Assembly (NCBI RefSeq): GCF_009914755.1
Contig: NC_060926.1
Direction: 5' to 3' (one strand)
Source of the DNA: the human T2T-CHM13v2.0 reference genome, Homo sapiens
DNA length: 64,000 bases
The notes below the pieces were generated by a model, which was given only the letters and a program-made list of their open reading frames with translations, was not told where the DNA came from and made no database searches. The position numbers were made by a program, and so were the translations under genes. The stretch's first letter is position 1. The number at the start of each line of letters is the position of its first letter. Shown in pieces: positions 50,940-64,000 of this stretch.

Positions 50940-51430
50940 GTCTGATTAAATAGTCCTTATAAGATTATCCTTACTTCAGATACTAGCTGTTAAGTTTGGG
51001 ATGATCACTTTAGACCAGCTGTCTATAAATTAAGAGGTTACCAAGGCTGCTTGTAATGTTTGGTAGTTTACTAGAAAGACTCACAACCTCACTGAAAGTG
51101 CTGTGCTCATGGTTACAGTTTTATTACAGCAAAAAGAAACAAATTAGAGCCAGCCAAAGGAAGACACATAGGGTGACGTTGGAAAGGGTTCCAAATGTGA
51201 AGCTTCCTTTCCATTGTCTTCAGGGAGATGTGTTATCCTCCCAGCGTCAATGTATGGCAATATACATGGAGTACTACCAACTAGGGAAGCTCACTGGAGC
51301 ATCTATGTCCACAGTTTTTATTGGAGTTTCATTACATAGGCATGATTGAATTACCAATCAGGTGGTTGAGTTCAGTCTCCAGTCTTCCTCCTCTTGTTGA
51401 GCAGAGACCAAATCCCTTATTACATATTGT
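50940..51430. mobile_element. MER21-like LTR fragment
   Basis: ACTAGAAAGACTCACAACCTCACTGAAAG...CATGGTTACAGTTTTATTACAG. Confidence 0.6.
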
Positions 51431-52297
51431 GCTACTTTGTTTCATGATAAGAAGTTAACACCGCCAGGAACCTCTTTTTTCCAAGTTTCATTTGGCTCGT
51501 ATCTATTTAAAATTTACTAGTCTTTTAATCTCTTTTGTTTTCATTTAGGTTAGTGGTCTATTTTGAAATAATTGAATCTTTCTTTTAATTGAAGACATTT
51601 TCATAAAGGGTAATAAGGTCTTTTGCCCTCTGCTTTAATCCAGTCTTAGGAAGAATGTTTGAATAGTGATTTACTCAGGGAGACACATTGCAGTCCGATT
51701 TGATGTGGTTTGATAGGCACACTTTATTTTCATCTTACAAAGCATGGCATGTGGGCATCAGAAGTCTGATTGAAAGGAAGTAAAATTAGTGGAGCAATTA
51801 AACATTAACTAGGTGGGGGGCAATTATGCTAAAGTTATGTAAATAGTTTTAGATTATGTATAAGTAATTATATTTTTCAGAGTAGTTGACAGGGCAAAAA
51901 TTAGATTGCTTATTCGTTTGAGACTTATTTTTGATTTGTTTTATTTTTAAAGGTTGTAACGGTTGTCACAATTCGAACCTTCATTTAATTTCTTGCTTGA
52001 AGATTATTACATGATGTAGCATAACTAAATTTTATCTTCTTAATGGTAATACTTGTAGACTGTAGAAAATTTGGATTGGCTTCAGATTAAATGCCTTTTA
52101 CTGTCTTCAGTTTGTTAATGGAATGTCTTTGTAGTAACTAAAATTAGTTAAGAGTATCTTTTGTATAAATATATGCTTCCACTTACTAAAGCAATAGTTG
52201 GTAACTTAGTTGATAAGTAGATTCTTAAAAATATAACAGCACTTGTCAAAGTGGGATGTTTCATTCTAAATCAGACTTATTTTAGAAATGTATTGAA

Positions 52298-52488
52298 CAG
52301 GTTGAATATCCCTTAGCAGAACTGCTTAGGACCAGAAGAGTTTCAGATTTTGGAATATTTGCATTATACTTATCAGTTGAGCATTGAAAATCTGAAATTT
52401 CCTTTGAGTGTTATGCTGGTGCTCCAAAAGTTACACGTTTTGGAACATTTTGGATTTTGTATTTACAGATTTGGGATACTCAGCCTAT
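52298..52488. mobile_element. Tigger4/MER46-like MITE
   Basis: TIRs CAGGTTGAATATCCC / GGGATACTCAGCCT. Confidence 0.75.
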
Positions 52489-52957
52489 ACCTATTAAATG
52501 CTTCTGTGGTGATGAGGGAAGTAAATTGTTAAATGTATTATAGGATGATGTACTTTAGTATTCCTCCACATGTACCCCATACATTTGTACAAATAAAAAG
52601 CTATCCAGTATAGTTGAAGATTACCTGAAAGAGAATTTTTAAAAGTTTAATAAATATTACTTAGTTATTACATCTATAATGAACCTTAACACAAGACTTA
52701 GGTGTTACTCCAACAATAAAATGGGACAATAGACAAGAACTTTAAAAAGTTAACTGTTGTTAGTAATACATAACTTCAATTACAGCACAAATATTAATTT
52801 ATAAAGTCAAGTCTAACAGACTTCTAGGAATGATGTCCATGTCTTGCCTCCAAATGATATCAAAACAAAACTACAGCCTGGACAGGATCAAAAGAGTTAT
52901 CAAGTAAAAACTACAATGCAATAATATCATTCTAACTGAAAAGAAAAAATATAATCA

Positions 52958-53290
<333 letters not shown>

Positions 53291-53509
53291 TTAGGGTTGC
53301 TAAACAATTTGAGTTCCTAGACTCCTTTGAATTCAAATTTAGAAACTAGAACTAATCTAATTTAACCTATTAATGTACACTTTCCTTTAGGAAAAATATT
53401 TTTCAGATCACCTCACATCTATTAAGCTTATTGAAGAATATATTTTATCCAGAACACTATTCTAGACCTTACTAGACAACAAGATGTTCAAATAGTACTG
53501 CTATTTTGA

Positions 53510-55670
<2,161 letters not shown>

Positions 55671-55696
55671 TATCAAATATATCTATAGATATATTT

Positions 55697-55963
<267 letters not shown>

Positions 55964-56210
55964 AAGCTTTTTATCACAGTAGCTTTTCCCCCCACCTTCT
56001 GTAGATAATCTTTTTTGTTTCTTAAGAACATACTTGGAGAAATCCATGTGACTATAAACACTTTGGAATGAGTTAGGATGGTTTTCAACTCATTTGGGAA
56101 TTAAGGATAAATGGCAAGTCAGGAGATACATACAATAGTTAGAATATGTTAAGTAGCCTCTAGAAAATCAATAAAAATGGAGCATGACTCATGCGCATTG
56201 ACCTGTAGAA

Positions 56211-56706
56211 CAGTGATTCTCAAATGTCTTAGTTTTGTAGTTTTTACCTTGTTTATACTCTTAAAAATTAAAGAGCTTTTGTTTATATAGATTATAGCTA
56301 TCAATATTTACTGCATTCAAAATTAAAACAAAATTTAAAATTTAAGTATTAACTCATTTAAAAATAAAGCTATTTCATATAAACATAATCTTTTTTGAAG
56401 TGAACAGTAACTATTTTCTAAAGAAAAAAAGATTTGCAGGAAGAGTGACATTGTTTTTGTTTTAAAAATCTTTTTAGTGTCTGGCTTAATAAAATACCTG
56501 TGAATTCTCATGAATCTGCTTCTCTTTTCAACCTGAGTCTGTTGAATCACATGAAGTTGCCTCTGGAAAACTCCACTGTACACTAATAAGAGACTGAGAA
56601 AAAGGCAAATGAAACTTCATGTTTTTGTGAAAATAATTTTGAGTTGGCTGATCTCATGAGAGAGTCCTGGGGGAGCCAAGAATCTCCAGACCACACTTGT
56701 AGTACT
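56211..56706. mobile_element. Charlie-type hAT transposon relic
   Basis: CAGTGATTCTCAAA start and CCAGACCACACTTGTAGTACTG end. Confidence 0.6.
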
Positions 56707-56929
56707 GCCACAGGAAATAAACATGTTAACTAGATTACTGCCTCAGAGCTCATGCTTTGGATTCCGATTGCCTGGATTGGAATTCCAACTAACCTTCTGG
56801 ATGTTATTTAATATTATCCTGTTTCCTAATTTGTTAAATGGACTAATTGGACCTTTTGTAGGATTGTTAGAATTAAATAAAATTACACTCGTAAAGTGTA
56901 ATAATCACTTAATAAAATGCTACCTTTTT

Positions 56930-57227
<298 letters not shown>

Positions 57228-58530
57228 TTAAAATGCTACCTTTTACTATCAAAGTTTTAGTCCTGTTATGTCACGCTTGCTCAGATTTTTCTGTTGGTTT
57301 TCTACCTCGCTTAGAGCTTTAGCTTTTACAGTGGCTTTATAAGGTTTTTCTTCATGATCCGGCATATTGCTGCCTCTCTGCTCTCATCTCCTTGTTCTCA
57401 TCTCACATCCCCCTCACTGTGCAAACAGTGGCCTTCTTGCGTTCATCTAAGACCAATCATGTCTTTCCTCATGGCCTTTGTTTTATTATTTTCTCCACAA
57501 AATGTTCACTTCTTCAAATATTGTTTTGCTTCCCTTGTCCTTCAGGTTTTTGCTTTAATGCACCTCAGTGAAATCCTTTTTCATTTAACCCACCCACACA
57601 AATTGGCCCTGTCTCCCTTCTCTGCTTTATTTTTTTTTCTCTGTAGGATTTTTAGTTTTGTAGCACATTAAGTATTTACTTATTTGTCTCTCTTTCGCTA
57701 GAATGTAGGCTCCAATAGGGATGGATTTTTTGTTTTTATTTGTCTAATGTGTTTACTGCTATACCTTCAATACCTAGGTTGATGCTTGGTGCATATTTAA
57801 GTGCTGATAAAATATGTTTTGAATGAGTAAATCATTATTGCTACTGTGAAGATGAAAGGGAAATAGTCTTTGCTTCTCTCAAATGTATAGCCTTAATTGG
57901 ACATTGCTTCTGATATAAAATGAACTTTATAAAGTGTTTAGCATGGCATGTTGGACACACAGAAGTACTCAATTGGTGGCTGTTACTGAAGAATAAGAAA
58001 TAAAAGGATAAGACATTTTAGAAAGAAATGACCTGAATAAAAGAAAATTGCATTCACATTTTAAGGGGTAAGGTAGATATTGTTTAGTGCATACTGGAAA
58101 AGTAAGGTTGCAACTGTATAGCTGAGGCCAAGGCATTCGGATTTTGTTCTGTGGGTAATACATTTTTACATGTTCTTAAGGCAGAGGTGCTGTGATGAAA
58201 GTGGTAGGTTTGGAAGATGAAACCAACAGAAGTCTTTGAGGTTGCCTGGGATATCCTTCTGGTGTCAGCTTAACCAGACATGCTTAATAAAACATTTAGA
58301 TAATTTATCATACATAATAAAACATTTGCAGAATTATAAACTATGCCCAATTATTACTTCCTCTAATTGTATGGTAGCATGAAATTGCTATTTGACCACA
58401 GTTGTATGTTTTGAACTGTTTATGTAATTGCCAACTTTATTAGACTTTATCATTTAAAACTAAGATTTTTGATTTAGAATCAATCGAGGTGTTTACACTG
58501 GCAACTAACTTGCTAAATATACTAATATAG

Positions 58531-58672
58531 GGCAAAGTATGTTTAGTCCAGCAAGTATCGGTCAGCCACGAAAGACGACATTATCTCCTGCCCAGTTGGA
58601 TCCTTTTTATACTCAAGGAGATTCTTTGACTTCAGAAGATCACCTCGATGACTCTTGGGTGACTGTATTTGG
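58531..58672 (+). CDS. NUP35: NUP35 coding exon 5 (142 nt; start of the RRM-like Nup35 domain)
   Basis: [47 protein letters not shown]; donor GG|GTAAGG; frame continuous with exon 4. The gene continues beyond the window. Confidence 0.97.
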
Positions 58673-59130
58673 GTAAGGTTTGCAGACCATTTGCCTTTTA
58701 AAAACCCCACCCTAACATTTTATAATGAATATAATCAAACATACAGTAAAATGGAAAGAAGTGCATAGCAAACACCCATATTACTACCACCTAGGTTCTA
58801 TGGTTAACAGTTTGCTACATTTGCTTTGTCATTTATCCATCTATCAATTCATTCTTTTTGTTGGTACATTTCATAATAAGTTGTAGACATCAATACATAT
58901 TACCCTGACACTTGAGCATGCATGTCATTAACTAGAGTTTGATATTTGTTTGTAGTTTTTTTAATCATTTGTCTGTTTATTTCTTCCCAAATTATTTTCT
59001 CTCAAGCATATTTACTAGATGGAACACAGTTGTCCCTTTAGACTTAGGGAACTCCTTCCCCTTTTTCTAGTGACTGGTTCTCTACATCTAGTGGAATTCA
59101 CCAGTTTTGAATTAACAGAATGAACATTTA

Positions 59131-59134
<4 letters not shown>

Positions 59135-59182
<48 letters not shown>
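59135..59182. repeat. (CA)24 microsatellite
   Basis: Direct reading. Confidence 0.97.
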
Positions 59183-59184
<2 letters not shown>

Positions 59185-59319
59185 GTCACAGGGTTGATAC
59201 TTTCTGGTCCACAAAATATTGAATATTAATAGAAACAGAGTATGACAGTCCTTGTTACATTTTTGAATAGATTTTTAGGTCCAAAAAAAACTTTAAAATG
59301 CCTTTTTTTAAAAAAAATG

Positions 59320-59712
59320 CTTTTTTATTTCCATAGGTTTTTGGGGAACAGGTGGTATTTGGTTACATGAGTAAGTTCTTTACATGATTCGTGAGACTTT
59401 GGGGCACCCATCTCCTGAGCAGTATGCACTGAACCCAATTTGTAGTCTTTATCCGTCACCCCTTTCCCACCCTTTCCCCCGAGTCCCCAAAGTCCATTGC
59501 ATCATTCTTATGCTTTTGCATCATCATAGCTTAGCTCCCACTTATGAGTGAGAACATATGATGTTTGGTTTTCCATTCCTAAGTTACTTCACTTAGAATA
59601 AGTGAGTTACTTTACTTAGAATAATTTGCAGTCCCATTCAGGTTGCTGCAAATGCCATTAATTAATTCCTTTTTACTGCTGAGTATTCCATTTTGTATGT
59701 ATATATATCTAT
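59320..59712 (-). mobile_element. L1PB-type 3' end fragment
   Basis: TTTCCATAGGTTTTTGGGGAACAGGTGGTATTTGGTTACATGAGTAAGTTC. Confidence 0.8.
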
Positions 59713-59925
59713 CACAGTAAAACTCCTTAGAGATCATATTGTATAATGTTTTATTTTACAGGTGAGGAAACTGAGGTGTAGGCAGATTAAGTGATTTATT
59801 CAGCCGTTCACATCTAGTTATTATTAGCAAAGCTCCAGCAAAAACTTGGGTCTTTTGATATTCAAGCTGATATTTACACTCTACAAAAATATAAAGTTTG
59901 TTTCTGAAAGTATGATTTGCCATAC

Positions 59926-62185
59926 TGTATTAGTCCCTATTCATACTGATAAAGACATATCCGAGACTGGAAAGAAAAAGAGGTTTAATTGGACTTAGGG
60001 TTCCATGGCTGGACAGGCCTCAGAATCATGGTGGGAGGTGAAAGGCACTTCTTACATGACGGTGTCAAGAGAAAATGAGGAAGAAGCAAAAGCGGAAGCC
60101 CCTGATAAACCCATCAGATCTCGTGAGACTTATTCATTATCATGAGAATAGCACAGGAAAGACTGGCCCCCATGAATCAATTACCTCTCCCTGGGTTCCT
60201 CCCACAACACATGGGAATTCCGGGAGATATAATTTGAGTTGAGATGTGGGTGGAGACACAGCCAAACCATTTCATTTCGTCCTTGGCCCCTCTAAATCTC
60301 ATGTCCTCACGTTTCAAAACCAATCATGGTTTCCCAACACACCCCTGAAAGTCTTATTTCAGCATTAACCCAAAAGTCCACAGTCCCAAGTCTCATCTGA
60401 GTTAAGGCAAGTCCCTTCCACCTATGAGCCTGTAAAATCAAAAGCAAGATAGTTATTTCCTGGATACAGTGGGGTTGTAGGAATTGGGTAAATACAGCCA
60501 TTCCAAATGGGAGAAATTGGCCAAAACAGAGGGGTTATAGGCCCCATGCAAGTTCAAAATCCAGAGGGGCAGTCAAATTTTAAAGCTCCAAAATGATCTC
60601 CTTTGACTTCCTGGTCTCACATCCAGGTCACGCTGATGCAAGAGGTGGGTTCCCATGGTCTTGGGCAGCTCCACCCCTGTGGCTTTGCAGGGTACAGCCT
60701 CCCTCCTGGCTGTTTTCCCGTGCTGGCATTGCGTGTATGGGTTTTCCAGGCACAGAGTGCAAGCTGTCAGTGGATCTACCATTCTGGGGACTGGAGGATG
60801 GTGGCCCTCTTCTCACAGCCCCACTAGGCAGTGCCCTAGTAGGGACCCTGTGTGGGAGCTTTGACCCCACAGTTCCCTTCCGCACTGCCCTAGCGGAGGT
60901 TCTCCATGAGGGCCCCACCCCTGCAGCACAATTTTGCCTGGGCATCCAGGTATTTCCATACATCTTCTGAAATCTAGGTGAAGGTTCCCAAACCTCAATT
61001 CTTGACTTCTGTGCACCCACAGGCTCAATACCATGTGGAAGCTGCCAAGGCTTGGGGCTTCCACTCTCTGAAGCCACAGCCCAGGCTCTACATTGTCCCC
61101 CTTTCAGCCACGGCTGCAGGGGCTGGGGTACAGGGCACCAAGTCCCTAGGCTGCACACAGCACAGGGACCCTGGGCCTGGACCACAAAACCGCTTTTTCC
61201 TCCTGGGCCTCCAGGCCTATGATGGGATTGGCTGTCTTGAAGGGCTCTGACATGCCCTAGAGACATTTTCCCCATGCTCTTGGGCATTAACATTAGGCTC
61301 CTTTCTAGCTATGCAAATTTCTGCAGCTAGCTTGAATTTCTCCTCAGAAAATGAGTTTTCCTTTTCTACTGCGTTGTCAGGCTGCAAATTTTCTGAACTT
61401 TTATGCTGTGTTTCCCCTTTAAAATGGAAGGCTTTTAATAGCACTCAAGTCACCTTTTGAATGCTTTGCTGCTTAGAAATTTCTTCCACCAGATACCTTA
61501 AATCATCTCTTTCAAGTTCAAAGTTCCACAAATCTCTAGGGTGGGGCAAAATGCCACCAGTCTCTTTGCTAAAACATAAGAAGAGTCACCTTTGCTCCAG
61601 TCGCCAACAAGTTCCTCATCTCCATCTGAGACCACCTCAGCTTGGAACTTATTGTTCATATCACTATCAGCATTTTTGTCAAAGCCATTCAACAAGTCTC
61701 TGGGAGGTTCCAAACTTCCCACATTTTCTTCTGAGCTTTCCAAACTGTTCCAACCTCTGCCTATTAGCCAGTTCCAATGTCACTTCCACATTTTTGGGTA
61801 TCTTTTCAGCAATGCCCCACTCTACTGATACCAATTACTGTATTAGTCCATTTTCATGCTGCTGATAAAGACATACCTGAGACAGGGAAGAAAAAGAGGT
61901 TTAATTGGACTTACAGTTCCACATGGCTGGGGAGGCCTCAGAATCATGGCGGGAGGCAAAAGGTACTTACATAGTGACATCAAGAGAAAATGAGGAAGCA
62001 AAAGCGGAAGCCCCTGATAAACCCGTCAGATCTTGTGAGACTTACTCACTATCATGAGAATAGCATAGGAAAGACCAGCCACCATGATTCAATTACCTCT
62101 CTCAGGTCCCTCTCACAACACATGGGAATTCTGGGAGATACCATTCAAGTTGAGATTTGGTTGGAGACACAGCTGAACTGTATCA
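59926..62185 (-). mobile_element. Full-length THE1 (THE1C-like) MaLR element: LTR 59926-60274, internal ~1.56 kb, LTR 61839-62185
   Basis: Two homologous ~350-bp LTRs with TG...CA ends; THE1-int sequence between them; near-TSD CATAC/CATGC. Confidence 0.93.
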
Positions 62186-62647
62186 CATGCTGATACTGGA
62201 ATGTATCTATTATATATTTTTTGGGATTAAAAAACATAAAAATAACACATGAGCTCCTTGAAGGAAGAAAGGTGCATAGTAAATGTTTAGTGGATTTTAT
62301 GTATTCAATTTATTTAAAATTAAAAATTCAAAAGGTATGTAAGAATGTACAATGAAGTTTTCCCTTTTGCTTTTGTCCCAAGCTAGTTTTCCTCCTCTTT
62401 AAGGCAGTGATTGCCATCTGTTTTTTGTGTATGTTTCCAGAGAGATTTTATGTGTTATTGATTTCTATTTGGGTAAAAAGCGGGTCATTGCATTCCGTTG
62501 TTCTCTAGAAAGTCCATACTCAGTCCTATATCCATAGCAATTGGGCTGGTGTGTTTTTTTTCTTCTTCTTCTTTTACATTTACATTTTTATAGTCTCTCA
62601 TAAAATGGCTTTTTTTTTTTTTTTGAGACAATCTCTCTGTTATCTAG

Positions 62648-62848
<201 letters not shown>

Positions 62849-63363
62849 TAGATAAATTACTTGAAGCACTCCTAGTATTTTTTCGTATTTCAGACATTAA
62901 CTCTCCCAGCTGTTTATTTTTTTACTTTCGTGTTTTAATAACCCTCTATGACTTTAATTTCAAGAACTGAAGCATTCTCCTTTAAGGGATAAAGTATTTT
63001 ATTTTGATCATTTATGGGGAAGTACCTCTAAAGGATGCATTATATATGTTCTTTCTTTGGTAGTTTAACTTTTTCCTACTGACTTAGGGTTATGAAATAT
63101 TCATTGTTTTGGGTGATTCTGCTATAGAGTACTAGAATGTAAGTTTCTACTCAAAGTGGTCCAAGAGTTTTAGAATTATGTTTTATTTCTTAAGTACTTC
63201 CCTCACTTGCAGCCATTCTTTCTTCTTTTCATTTTTGTTTGATCTCTGCTCTGTAGGCACCCAACCTATTTGTTGTTTTTCTTTGTGGTTAGAAATTTCA
63301 TGTCCAGATTTTATACAAATGAATTTTCAGTTCTGATTGCAGTGAATATTTTACTCATATAGA

Positions 63364-63675
<312 letters not shown>

Positions 63676-64000
63676 TCACATAGATTTTTAATGTGTTTGG
63701 TTTCTGATTTATTTTTGAGACTCGAATTTTTTTTTTTCTTTAGGGTTCTAATTCAGTCTTCAGATAACTGAAGTTAGATAGCCATTTCTATGCTATTGGT
63801 AGTGGTTATTGTTTTCAAATTGAAAACAGCTTTATTGTTAAGACTATAAAAGAATAATATGTCATTGTAAAATATCCAAACCATACAGAACTTTATAAAG
63901 AAGAAAGTAAAAATTACTTAGAATTTTCTCATGCAGAGATATGGCTAATCAAATTTTGGTAACTGTCCTTTTAAGTGATTCTATACCATAAATATTTTGA

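Noticed and set aside
60573-61865. Overlapping ORFs up to 221 aa
   Set aside because: GC-rich THE1 internal sequence with frameshifts; no protein evidence visible

Overview
Human (primate) genomic DNA, recognisable as the DUSP19-NUP35 locus on 2q32. The window holds the terminal coding exon and Alu-rich 3' UTR of DUSP19 (+), about 25 kb of repeat-dense intergenic DNA, and the CpG-island promoter plus coding exons 1-5 of NUP35 (+). The intergenic and intronic DNA is mostly Alu, L1, L2, MIR, MaLR/ERV LTR and DNA-transposon relics; nearly all ORFs in the supplied track are repeat-derived. I found no evidence for a wholly new biological system. The observations most worth checking are: (1) a ~290-bp local inverted duplication in NUP35 intron 4 whose second copy interrupts an L2 end; (2) a chimeric Alu with an old AluS left arm and a right arm carrying the very young AluYb11 diagnostics; (3) a chain of candidate upstream exons between DUSP19 and NUP35; (4) unusual NUP35 splice signals (a regenerated 5' splice site at the exon 2/3 junction, and a pyrimidine-poor exon 5 acceptor with QKI/SF1 motifs); (5) an intact two-LTR THE1 element antisense to NUP35 with a DUX4-type motif in its 5' LTR. 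Repeat subfamily calls and boundaries were made by eye and are approximate.
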